This document shows, piece after piece, positions 1 through 8,523 of a DNA stretch of 64,000 nucleotides (position 1 is the first letter of the stretch; every line of letters starts with the position of its first letter). The stretch is from positions 64,001-128,000 of IMG/VR virus record IMGVR_UViG_3300021256_000064; one strand, written 5' to 3'. The notes below the pieces were generated by a model. It saw only the letters and a list, made by a program, of their open reading frames with translations. It ran no database searches and had not been told where the DNA came from. A program made the position numbers and the translations under genes. Origin of the DNA: a virus.

Positions 1-60
1 GCACGAGCTTGCGCCCCAGGGATTTTAAGTCCCATGCGTCTGCCATTCCGCCATACCCGC
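1..60 (-). tRNA. tRNA-Leu(UAA), class II with long variable arm, 3' part runs off the left edge of the window
   Basis: RC reads GCGGGTATGGCGGAATGGCAGACGCATGGGACTTAAAATCCC..., with anticodon loop CTTAAAA and long-arm start TGGGGCGCAAGC. Confidence 0.6.
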
Positions 61-93
61 TTTTTAATCAAGACAGCTCAATTATACCTTTTA

Positions 94-165
94 TACTGGA
101 CTCGAACCAGCTAAGATTGTTTTACAGACAATTTGTGAACCATATCACTTAAATATTCTTGAAAG
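94..165 (-). ncRNA. tRNA-like element, non-canonical (T-arm GCTGG-TTCGAGT-CCAGT, anticodon-like loop CTGTAAA giving GUA), acceptor stem not resolvable
   Basis: GGTTCGAGTCC T-loop signature on minus strand, downstream of minus promoter at 195-232. Confidence 0.3.
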
Positions 166-194
166 AAAATTTGCTGTATCTGTCTTTACCTTAC

Positions 195-232
195 ATATAT
201 ATTATATTATAATTTTTATTAAAAATCAAAAG
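195..232 (-). promoter_or_regulatory. sigma70-type promoter (minus) driving the leftmost tRNAs, followed by conserved leader RC GATAAAGACAGATACAGCAAA (also at 1735-1757)
   Basis: RC TTGATT-N17-TATAAT. Confidence 0.5.
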
Positions 233-236
233 TAGG

Positions 237-300
237 GTGAAGGGCTCGAACCTTCATAAATAATTTTTAAATTATCATGTCTCCCACGTCTGCATCATTC
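237..300 (-). ncRNA. tRNA-like element with T-arm GAAGG-TTCGAGC-CCTTC; no canonical acceptor or anticodon stems found
   Basis: T-loop signature only. Confidence 0.25.
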
Positions 301-308
301 TTACTTAA

Positions 309-382
309 TGCAGGGAAAGAGATTCGAACTCTAATTATGCAACTTTTGAGGTTGCCACGTCTACCAATTGCGTCATCCCTGC
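309..382 (-). tRNA. tRNA with anticodon CAA (Leu codon UUG) but class I architecture (5-nt variable loop)
   Basis: GCAGGGA/TCCCTGC acceptor, anticodon stem GCAAC/GTTGC, loop CTCAAAA, T-loop TTCGAAT, A73. Confidence 0.6.
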
Positions 383-599
383 TCAAGCTTTTAGGTCAGC
401 CAACCACACATCCACGTTTAACCTCCCGACATTTGTTCCCTGGAGGAAATTTTTTGGTCATCCGATATTTCATAGTTTTACAGTTTCGTCAACTAACCAA
501 AATAACTACTCCCGAAATCGCACTCCTCGGAATAGGGCACGCTTTACTTTAAGTCAGTTAACTGCACATCCGTTTATACACTTATTTGCTATCGTGTGA

Positions 600-672
600 A
601 GCTCCCCGAGGGACTCGAACCCTCAACCTAGTGATTACAAATCACTTGCGCTGCCAATTGCGCCAGAGAAGC
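600..672 (-). tRNA. tRNA-Thr(UGU)
   Basis: acceptor GCTTCTC with 2 G-U, D-stem GCGC, anticodon stem AGTGA/TCACT, loop TTTGTAA, T-arm GAGGG-TTCGAGT-CCCTC. Confidence 0.7.
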
Positions 673-1100
673 AAAAGCGGCTTATATTCTCTATAAACCG
701 CAGTCTATATTACAACTGAGCATTTTCGTCTTAACTACTTGCTCAGATTATAAAGGATTGCGGCTACACGCCCACCAAATCATTGCGTTACTTTGAGTCT
801 CCGAGTTGAAGCTCGGTATGTTACGTCTTTACACTATTTGGTATCGTGGACCCCGCATTTAGCAAGACTATGATCACTCGTCTTGGATACTTAGGCTCGC
901 ATCAAACCACCTCTTATTTTAACTACCCTTTGGCTGGGGCTGCGTGTTTACCAAACCGCTGGCTAATCATTTGCCCGATTAGTAGGGAGAATTTTTCTCT
1001 ATAGAAATTCTCCAAAAGCACACCCTCATTTAGCCCAGATGTAGGCTACACCATTTTCTTTCACGGAAGTGAACACGTGAAAACGGAGGTGTATCCGCGA

Positions 1101-1174
1101 GTGGCGGGTATGGGATTCGAACCCATGACCTTCAGGATATGAACCTGACGAGCTACCAGACTGCTACCAACCCG
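1101..1174 (-). tRNA. tRNA with anticodon CAU (elongator Met or Ile2-type)
   Basis: anticodon stem TCAGG/CCTGA, loop TTCATAT, T-arm ATGGG-TTCGAAT-CCCAT, G1-C72; one acceptor mismatch. Confidence 0.6.
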
Positions 1175-1178
1175 CTAT

Positions 1179-1253
1179 ATCACCCGACTGGGATTCGAAC
1201 CCAGGATCCGCGGTTTTAGAGACCGCTGTGTTAAGCCACTCCACTATCGGGCG
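1179..1253 (-). tRNA. amber suppressor tRNA, anticodon CUA (reads UAG), class I, A73, U8, G18G19
   Basis: anticodon stem GCGGT/ACCGC with loop CTCTAAA (plus-strand TAG at 1217-1219); acceptor CGCCCGA/TCGGGTG; T-arm CTGGG-(G)TTCGAAT-CCCAG. Confidence 0.75.
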
Positions 1254-1963
1254 CTAGAAATTATAGTGACTCGGCGTGGAAACAAAGCTTACCACCATAC
1301 TTTTGAATAAAAATCATTTTGCCTAGGTAACCAACCCTAATCGCCACTATAATTAACGTGGGTAAATGTTCTCTCTCTGCCTGTCCCACCTTGTTGACCG
1401 CATCTTGCTTTCAATCCATTTATAAAATCAGTCTATCATTTATAAATCCCCCTATTTTTACAAGTAGATGCATAGCCAAGAGTTTCAACAAATTTATATA
1501 AATATAGCTTTGTCCATTTTGAGGCTCCCTTTATACTTTCTATAGCCTGAATTCCGTAGGTCATGACTCCCACAAAGGTAGTCTGCTATGGTCTCTCCCT
1601 ACCGACCGCCGCAGTGTGGTGGACTCTTTAAGGGTTTATGCGCACTATTTACCTTAATCGCCATTGCTATATTTTGTTTTCATTTTATTCAAGACAGATA
1701 ATCTTCGTAGTAACAAGTTTCAGTTACAAAGTATTTTGCTGTATCTGTCTTTATCTTACTTATATATTATAACAAAAATTTTTATAAAAATCAATCGTTG
1801 AGTGTGTAGTTTCAATCACACGCATCTGTTTAGGGTTGCAATGATATGTTCTAAGGTATCTTACGGTTCTTCCCCTGCCTTATGAGGTGTCTCTCCTCGA
1901 TGTCCCTAAGTAATTCAGCTTTATTTTCTTATTGACTTTTAATACTTGTCTATCAACGATTGA

Positions 1964-2036
1964 TACCCCGTGGGAGAGTCGAACTCCCGTCTCTGCCGTG
2001 AAAGGGCAGTGGCTTAAACCGCTTGCCTAACGGGGC
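1964..2036 (-). tRNA. tRNA-Glu(UUC)
   Basis: acceptor GCCCCGT/ACGGGGT, anticodon stem CTGCC/GGCAG, loop CTTTCAC, T-arm GGGAG-TTCGACT-CTCCC. Confidence 0.75.
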
Positions 2037-2194
2037 ATTATTTATTTACAACAACACTCTACTGTAATAAAATCAAATCTTTCCTGAATAAAGAGAACTT
2101 CTTTGTAAGTTCTAACGAAAGTCATATGTCTTACTTTGTCATCATCTCTGTAATATACAATATAAAGCATAACTACTCTCCTTTTCTTAAAAAG

Positions 2195-2250
2195 ATTTTT
2201 TTTTAACTTACAATAATATTATATTATATTTTTTTATAAATATCAAATAA
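2195..2250 (-). promoter_or_regulatory. sigma70-type promoter module (minus) within tRNA array
   Basis: TATATTATATTAT...AAATATCAAA motif family shared with early-gene promoters. Confidence 0.4.
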
Positions 2251-2413
2251 AAGATTTATCTTGGTACGCATTATCAAGAGGCGCGATAAATACTGATAAC
2301 TGAGTTTACTTTGCCTTCTTATTAGACGTTTGCCACAAAGCCACATATCATACGCCGGTGGTAGTTTAACTCTAATCCATGTTAACGTCGATTTTAATGT
2401 CTTATCTGACTAG

Positions 2414-2487
2414 CGGCTCTGAAGGGACTCGAACCCTCGACCTCGTGCGTGACAGGCACGCGTGCCACTCTTCTGCACCACAGAGCC
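2414..2487 (-). tRNA. tRNA-Asp(GUC)
   Basis: acceptor GGCTCTG/CAGAGCC, D-stem GTGC/GCAC, anticodon stem CGTGC/GCACG, loop CTGTCAC, G73. Confidence 0.8.
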
Positions 2488-2492
2488 ATATA

Positions 2493-2672
2493 TCACTTAT
2501 TTGCTTTTCCTTCTATTGTAACTCTTCCCTTTACATAATCAACATAATGTTCATCCGTATAAAACCCTTTCATAGATTTATAATGGTCTAATTCAACAGA
2601 ATCTAACGGAACGGAAAAGTGATTCGCTATAATAACTATAATATCTTGTTCGGTCAGTTCATAAACAGTTTT
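2493..2672 (-). CDS. small hypothetical protein (about 60 aa) inside tRNA array
   Basis: ORF track 2493..2723; internal ATG with AAGGAG RBS. Confidence 0.4.
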   Translation of the reverse strand, partial: KTVYELTEQDIIVIIANHFSVPLDSVELDHYKSMKGFYTDEHYVDYVKGRVTIEGKANK

Positions 2673-2910
2673 CATAAAAAATCTCCTTTTTATTAAGAGT
2701 GTATTTCCCTCGTAAGGACGCATACACTAGGCGCGCCTGCAAACTTGGTTATTTTTTACTCCAGTAACACCTGGCTAAAATCCCGAAAAACAGCCGCGGT
2801 TAGTCACGCTCTTTTTGTTTTCTGTTGAAACTGGTGAGACCCTAACTAGTCCTTTCCAAAGTCACCGCAGCGAATATTTAATGTCTCTGTTTGCGGACGT
2901 TTGAGACAAA

Positions 2911-2983
2911 TACTTCAGGAGGGACTCGAACCCACAAAATCTTGTTCCTAAGACAAGCGCGTCTGCCGTTGCGCCACTGAAGC
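2911..2983 (-). tRNA. tRNA with anticodon UAG (Leu CUA/CUG) but class I architecture
   Basis: acceptor GCTTCAG/CTGAAGT, anticodon stem CTTGT/ACAAG, loop CTTAGGA, T-loop TTCGAGT. Confidence 0.5.
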
Positions 2984-3223
2984 TTACTAAGTAGATAGGT
3001 GCCACCCTTTTAGCCCTGCTCAGGTATCTACTATACCTTACCCTCACTATCTGAGGTGCGAGAAAGATTTCACCTTTATAATCTTTCAAAGATACTTGAC
3101 TTTTACCAGGCACCAAGATTGCCTGACCACTCGTCCTTTACTCCCCTTATGGCGACCGCGGCTATATACTCAACAGCTTAGATTTACATTGGCAAGAGGT
3201 AAATCAACTCTTAGCGCGACAGT

Positions 3224-3291
3224 AGGGCTCGAACCTACCTTTCTAGCTTACTTACTAGAATGTGACCTGTTCCATATCGCGGGCATGCATC
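3224..3291 (-). ncRNA. short tRNA-like (68 nt) with apparent 8-nt anticodon loop; possible pseudo-tRNA
   Basis: acceptor CGCGATA/TGTCGCG, T-arm GTAGG-TTCGAGC-CCTAC, stem TCTAG/CTAGA around loop TAAGTAAG. Confidence 0.3.
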
Positions 3292-3439
3292 ATTTGAGCC
3301 GCGTATCTCAAATGCAAACGGGTACGTACTTTTCATAATTTCTGTGCCCTTTGGGACCTACCTTACTTTTATGAACCGTTCTTTTACACTATTCCTGTTT
3401 GGTAGGAAAAACACCTCACTGTCTCGGTGTGAAACCGGC

Positions 3440-3512
3440 GCGGCTCCTGGAGGACTCGAACCTTCGACCCGCTGCTTAACAGGCAGCTGCTCTGCCAACT
3501 GAGCTAAGAAGC
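3440..3512 (-). tRNA. tRNA-Asn(GUU)
   Basis: D-arm GCTC-AGTTGGCA-GAGC, anticodon stem GCTGC/GCAGC, loop CTGTTAA, T-loop TTCGAGT, G73. Confidence 0.8.
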
Positions 3513-3806
3513 CAAATGTGAGCTTGTTTTAGGCGGACTTCCTCACTGTTCAACCGCACGCCGGATTTGCATTGGGTCAGGCGCGTGACCTTGACAAGAT
3601 AGTAAGCTCTTTTTCTAAATTTCCTTTTAATAGGTAGGCAACTTTATCAAAAAAATATGAGCCACAAAAAACTTTAGTTCTTTATTGGTTTTTCAGTGAA
3701 TTTCAATTTTTTTAAAATTATATCATCTGATTTTTTTGAATTGCTGTTTTACTATCTTTATTATATATATATTATATCATATATTTTTTAAAAAATCAAT
3801 AAAAAA

Positions 3807-3986
3807 TTAATCTACATAAAAAGTTCTTTTTTCACCACAGCATAAACATGTTACTGTTTGACATTCTACAATTCCACTTGGAAGAAAATTAAAACTATAA
3901 TGTTCGCCTGCTGTTGCATAACTTTTACATTTTTCATTATGATTTTCAACCCATTTATCTAATTTCTCATCTGTTTTAAATACCAT
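3807..3986 (-). CDS. small Cys-rich (CxxC...CxxC) zinc-binding protein
   Basis: RC ATG preceded by AAGGAG; overlaps ORF-track 3959..4168. Confidence 0.45.
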   Translation of the reverse strand: MVFKTDEKLDKWVENHNEKCKSYATAGEHYSFNFLPSGIVECQTVTCLCCGEKRTFYVD

Positions 3987-4049
3987 TTGTATTTCTCCTT
4001 TTTTATTAAAAATACATTGATTTTTTTAATCAAGCCCGCCCAAGAAATT

Positions 4050-4901
4050 TTAGAAAAATTCCTTGAGCAGAGCAGCCCTCCGCGGATTACGGAGTTTCTT
4101 AAGAGCGGTAGCTTCAATCTGACGAACTCGTTCTCTACTAATACCAAGTTCTTTACCAATTTCATCAAGCGTTTTTGCTCTATTCATACCAATACCAAAT
4201 CTATTTTTGATAATAAGCTGCTCGCGGTCAGTCAAAGTATTAAGGATATTCTGAACTGCTTCTTTTCTTTCGTCATCCTCAATATTCATAAAAGAATCTG
4301 CAACAGATTCATCTTCAATAAAAGAACCAACAGTAGTATCCTCGTCATCTCCAATAACTACATCAAGAGAAGAAGTATCTTTCATCCATGAATATGCTTC
4401 TTTAACTTTTTTAATATCAATTCCAAGAGCTTCCGCAATATCTGCTTCTTTCGGCTCTCTGTTATGAGACTGCTGGAAATCTCTTTCAGCTTTTTTAATT
4501 TTACTAATCAATTCAATAACATGAATTGGAATACGAATATTTCTAGTCTGGTCCATAACCGCACGAGAAATAGACTGTTTAATCCAATAGGTTGCATAAG
4601 TAGAAAATCTAAAACCTTTATCAACCTCATACTTTTCTGTTGCTTTAATCAGACCAAAATTACCTTCCTGAATAAGGTCAGAAAGAGTAAGCCCTCGTCC
4701 CATATACTTCTTAGCAATAGAAACAACAAGACGGAGATTATGGTTAATCAAAGCATTCTTTGCTCCCTGATTTCCTTTTGCGGCAGCCTCAGCATATCTT
4801 ACTTCATCCTCTTTTGAAAGAAGATTATACTGGCTAATTTCATTGAGATAAACTTTAATAGAATTAACAGTAGTTGCTTCAGACGCTTTAATTTCTGCCA
4901 T
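4050..4901 (-). CDS. phage-encoded sigma-70 family RNA polymerase sigma factor (regions 2-4 recognisable); no in-frame TAG
   Basis: 283 aa; YATYWIKQSI (region 2.x), TLDEIGKELGISRERVRQIEATALKKLR (region 4.2 HTH); AAGGAG RBS. Confidence 0.85.
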   Translation of the reverse strand: MAEIKASEATTVNSIKVYLNEISQYNLLSKEDEVRYAEAAAKGNQGAKNALINHNLRLVVSIAKKYMGRGLTLSDLIQEGNFGLIKATEKYEVDKGFRFSTYATYWIKQSISRAVMDQTRNIRIPIHVIELISKIKKAERDFQQSHNREPKEADIAEALGIDIKKVKEAYSWMKDTSSLDVVIGDDEDTTVGSFIEDESVADSFMNIEDDERKEAVQNILNTLTDREQLIIKNRFGIGMNRAKTLDEIGKELGISRERVRQIEATALKKLRNPRRAALLKEFF

Positions 4902-4986
4902 AATAAACTCCTTTATGTTTTTTCTATCTTTACTGTATATATATTATATAATAATTTTTTTAAAAAATCAAAAAAGATTTTTTGAA

Positions 4987-5057
4987 TAGGGCATAATGGA
5001 GTCGAACCAGTATCACTGGTTTATAAGACCAGCGCTCTCACCACTGAGCTAATGCCC
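4987..5057 (-). tRNA. tRNA with anticodon UAU (Ile, AUA reader)
   Basis: acceptor GGGGCAT/ATGCCCT, D-arm GCTC..GAGC, anticodon stem CTGGT/ACCAG, loop CTTATAA. Confidence 0.55.
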
Positions 5058-5060
5058 CAT

Positions 5061-5133
5061 ATATCTCATAAGGGAATCGAACCCCTATCTTAACATTCGT
5101 AGTGTTATATTCTGTCCATTAAACTAATGAGAT
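5061..5133 (-). tRNA. tRNA-Arg(ACG)
   Basis: acceptor ATCTCAT/ATGAGAT, anticodon stem TAACA/TGTTA, loop CTACGAA, T-arm AGGGG-TTCGATT-CCCTT. Confidence 0.65.
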
Positions 5134-5134
5134 A

Positions 5135-5434
5135 TTAAGCGCAGTAATAATTTATTTGCCGCGCCACTTTATTTACATAAGCACAAAATGCTTTTGCTTC
5201 ACTTTCTTTTAAAAAATGAAAAGCTAAATAGTCAGAATTTATATAATAATGCAAACCTTTTGCATTAAATTTCTTTAATAAAAGATTAACATAATCTTCA
5301 ACAGAAAGATTAAGGATACGCATTGGAGTGTACCATTTACCTGACCGCCCACCTAAATTTTTGACATCATTAACATGCCATTTTCCTGCAATCTCCCAAT
5401 AGGTCATTTGATAAAGATGAACTCCTGCTCCCAT
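5135..5434 (-). CDS. hypothetical protein (99 aa)
   Basis: ORF track. Confidence 0.5.
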   Translation of the reverse strand: MGAGVHLYQMTYWEIAGKWHVNDVKNLGGRSGKWYTPMRILNLSVEDYVNLLLKKFNAKGLHYYINSDYLAFHFLKESEAKAFCAYVNKVARQINYYCA

Positions 5435-5444
5435 AATTATCTCC

Positions 5445-5762
5445 TTACAATCCTAACTTATTTAACAAAGTAGTAAGTCTTTCTTTCTCTTCTGCGGTCG
5501 GCTCCTGAGGAATTTTTTCATTGGTCCCTATAGGTTTTACATCTGCGGTTGCCGCAGTTTTTTCACCAGGAAGAACAATGTCATCCCCGCCCTCAACCGC
5601 AACTTTAGCGCATGTGAGAGTTACTTTAATCTGAAGTTTTTGTCCATCTTCAATTCCGTTAATACGAATTTCTTTACCATCGTTATACAAGAAACTTCCA
5701 GGGAATGCCGCCAGAATCTTTGATGCAACTTCTTGTTTTAAGATACTTCCTTTTGCTGCCAT
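5445..5762 (-). CDS. hypothetical protein (105 aa)
   Basis: ORF track. Confidence 0.5.
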   Translation of the reverse strand: MAAKGSILKQEVASKILAAFPGSFLYNDGKEIRINGIEDGQKLQIKVTLTCAKVAVEGGDDIVLPGEKTAATADVKPIGTNEKIPQEPTAEEKERLTTLLNKLGL

Positions 5763-5763
5763 A

Positions 5764-5970
5764 TTATTTTATTACCTCTTCTACATCTATTGTGTTAATA
5801 TCACCATAGTTTTTAAAAATCCAATTACTAGCATCATAAAGATTTTTCATTTTAATAAAAAGAATAGTTTCATTAGTAACAATATTAAAAATTCTAAAAA
5901 CTTTCATATTTAATATTTTTTCCTTTTCATATTGTATATATATTATATCAAAAAATATTAAAAATGTCAA
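5764..5970 (-). CDS. hypothetical protein (68 aa)
   Basis: ORF track; promoter module at 5925-5975. Confidence 0.4.
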   Translation of the reverse strand: MTFLIFFDIIYIQYEKEKILNMKVFRIFNIVTNETILFIKMKNLYDASNWIFKNYGDINTIDVEEVIK

Positions 5971-6005
5971 CTCTTCTTTTTAACTTGTTTTACGATAATT
6001 TTATT

Positions 6006-6742
6006 CTATTTAAAAGTATCTGCTAAATCAATAAAACGATCACATATTTTACATCCATTAGGATCATACATACAACGTTTTTTACATCCTGTACGAACTG
6101 CTCCAAAAGTACTCATAATACATCTGTTATCAAGATTTTCTTTAAATGAAGGAATAACTTCCTTAAGTTCTCCAAACCATTTCTCTTGTTTATAGATTTT
6201 AAATAGAACTTGTTGTCTTTCTTTGTCTGAAATTAATTCAAAAACATCTACAAAATTAGAATAAATATAAATATCTTCTGGTCTAATAAAAAACTTTTTT
6301 ATATCAGGTATTTCAAAGAAACTTGACTGACATATATTTGGATAAACTCTAACTTTGATATTATTTTCATGTAATAATTTACTTATTGAATTAATAAAAA
6401 ACCCTAGTTCTTCACAAATATACATATCTGTTGGGTGATGTTGAATTAGACCATACAACTAATCAAAAGTTGTAACGGGGTTTGTGAAAAAGTATGGAAG
6501 CTAATAAGATTTAGCCCTTAATAAAGAATCTTTATTAAAAAAGTCAAATATGATTTTAAAATTAGAATATTTATCATATAATGCTTTTAATAATCTTGCA
6601 TCTATTTCTTCAAAAGATTCAGAAACATCTATAATAATAGTCTTATCTTGATACTATGTTAAGAAATCTTCTAATGTGCGGTCTGCAGGATTATATACTA
6701 TTTTTAACTAATCCGCATCTTTTAAATATTTTTCATATGGGT
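6006..6742 (-). CDS. hypothetical protein with C-terminal Cys cluster; contains 4 in-frame TAG codons (early-region gene using the recoded codon)
   Basis: ATG at RC 6742 with AAGGAG RBS; reading frame continuous into ORF 6006..6458 through TAGs only. Confidence 0.55.
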
Positions 6743-6819
6743 AATACTGTAAGCAAAACATAAAATCTCCTTATAATAAAAAAGGGGAGATTAATTAATC
6801 TCCCCCTCATTTTATTTTA

Positions 6820-7224
6820 TTACTCTTCAACAGCTGTTGAAATTCTACGATAAGCCATTCTCTTCTTACCGTCCACTCTAACTGACTCCTTCTCAATAAG
6901 TCCTGCATTAACAAGCTTACCAAGTCTAGCAGTTACCTTAGCACGAGTAACTTCCTCGTCATCAAAAGCAACTGTAATCTCATCTACAGTAACAAGCTTA
7001 TCTGTAATAAGTTCATAGATTGCGTCTGTAAGAGCATCAGATTCAGCCTTTTTCTTCTCTGCGCGGGCTGCCGCAGCTGCCTTACGTTTATCAAGAGCTT
7101 CAATCTGCTTATCAATAAACTCTACATACTCTGTCTGCTTCTCTGCATCAGTTACTGTTGTAAGAACAAGTTCTCTAAGTTCCTCAAAATACATAGCCTT
7201 TGTTTTCTTTGTTGCGTTTTCCAT
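6820..7224 (-). CDS. winged-helix-like protein, distant member of the 117-aa paralog family
   Basis: 134 aa; shares Lys/Ala-rich linker and C-terminal R-x-T-x-R-L-x-x-L-V-x-x-G motif. Confidence 0.5.
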   Translation of the reverse strand: MENATKKTKAMYFEELRELVLTTVTDAEKQTEYVEFIDKQIEALDKRKAAAAARAEKKKAESDALTDAIYELITDKLVTVDEITVAFDDEEVTRAKVTARLGKLVNAGLIEKESVRVDGKKRMAYRRISTAVEE

Positions 7225-7324
7225 AGTGTTTTCTCCTTAATAAAATTGAATGTTTATTTTTTCTCTTTATCTTATGTATCTATTATACCAAAAATTTTTA
7301 AAAGTTGCAAATATTTTTTATTAT

Positions 7325-7537
7325 TTATTTTAGACATGCATTGATATATCTAATCTCTCGTTCTGTTAAATCTTTAATTAAAAGCCCATGCTTTTTAAAG
7401 ACTAATTCAATTTCCCAAAAGCTAAAAGTAGGCTTAGGGTCCTCTTTTATTTCCTGTATCGCTGCATTGATTTTACCAGCTCTTGTTGGAAGAAGTCCTT
7501 CAGCTTCCGCATAAAACATCATTTCCGCAAACTTCAT
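7325..7537 (-). CDS. hypothetical protein (70 aa)
   Basis: ORF track. Confidence 0.45.
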   Translation of the reverse strand: MKFAEMMFYAEAEGLLPTRAGKINAAIQEIKEDPKPTFSFWEIELVFKKHGLLIKDLTEREIRYINACLK

Positions 7538-7543
7538 ATTTAT

Positions 7544-7699
7544 TCATCCTCCTCCGGCTCATCTTCGTCCTCTTTTGGGTTTAGTATTGGACAATTTTCA
7601 CAATCGCATTCTCCAAATATTGTACACCAAGATTCAGGCTGAGTATCAAAATTTCCCATTAATGTTCTCATATAAATGCAACCTGTCCAATACATTAAA
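7544..7699 (-). CDS. small Cys-rich acidic protein (about 51 aa)
   Basis: GGAGG RBS + ATG on minus strand; not in ORF track (under 60 aa). Confidence 0.35.
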
Positions 7700-7765
7700 T
7701 TTTTCCTCCTCTTTTTATATTATTATTATATCAAAAATTATTATAAAAAACAAATATTTTATTTT

Positions 7766-8293
7766 TTATTCAATCCAATAAACGATTCTAATCATACTAT
7801 AATTATCTTTCCAAGAACCACAACCTTCCATAACCTCAAAAAAAGTATCAACACGATTTTTAAGAGACATAAGAGGAGTTGGTTTCATAATTTTAGTTAC
7901 TGGTTCATTATTATAATAAGCTTCATCCATAGTTTCATAATCAGGAACCTCTGGATGTTCAAGACAATAAATATACATATCAGCATAAGTAAACCAACGA
8001 ACAATAGGAGTATAAGTATGTTTTTCATCAATTTCATAACAATGCTCGTTATAAACGGTTTTTATATCTGTTGAAACGTCTTTAGGTAAACCATAATGAA
8101 TCCCTTTCATACTTGGAAAATCTCCTGCATTATTTTCCACAATAGAAAAAAGGTCATGACAACCATTATAAGGAAAAAGTGGTGCGGGAACTCGCTTAGT
8201 GTGATTGTAATTCCAAACTAGCGGATGATATATTTCATATTTACCAGTATGCTCATCGATTTTTTCTACAAAAAAGAAAGGACTTCTACTCAT
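7766..8293 (-). CDS. hypothetical protein (175 aa)
   Basis: ORF track. Confidence 0.55.
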   Translation of the reverse strand: MSRSPFFFVEKIDEHTGKYEIYHPLVWNYNHTKRVPAPLFPYNGCHDLFSIVENNAGDFPSMKGIHYGLPKDVSTDIKTVYNEHCYEIDEKHTYTPIVRWFTYADMYIYCLEHPEVPDYETMDEAYYNNEPVTKIMKPTPLMSLKNRVDTFFEVMEGCGSWKDNYSMIRIVYWIE

Positions 8294-8305
8294 AATATCA
8301 CTCCT

Positions 8306-8512
8306 TTAATAATCTTTTATTTGCTGTTTCATATCTTTGCTTCTAATTTTTTCCATCTTTTGTTTCTTTAAATTTTGGCGGGCAGGGGCACTTCCAAGCT
8401 TAGGTTTATATTTACCGCAAGTCTGACAAGCTTTTCTAAAAGTTCCTGCTTTTCCTTTTAAACAGCTCCCTTCATACTCATAAAAAATACAAGCAATTTC
8501 TCTATCTTTCAT
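8306..8512 (-). CDS. small basic zinc-ribbon protein (68 aa)
   Basis: ORF track; CxxC pairs. Confidence 0.45.
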   Translation of the reverse strand: MKDREIACIFYEYEGSCLKGKAGTFRKACQTCGKYKPKLGSAPARQNLKKQKMEKIRSKDMKQQIKDY

Positions 8513-8523
8513 TGTTTTCTCCT

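Noticed and set aside
15-50. A plus-strand tRNA-Lys-like stem-loop GGGATTTTAAGTCCC
   Set aside because: It is the anticodon arm of the minus-strand tRNA-Leu(UAA) read on the opposite strand.
3987-4817. Plus-strand ORFs 3987..4391 and 4464..4817 from the ORF track
   Set aside because: They are antisense shadows of the sigma-factor gene, low-complexity Asn/Phe/Ile-rich with no RBS; the same applies to many plus-strand ORFs inside minus-strand genes (e.g. 10087..10326, 19114..19329, 24296..24655).
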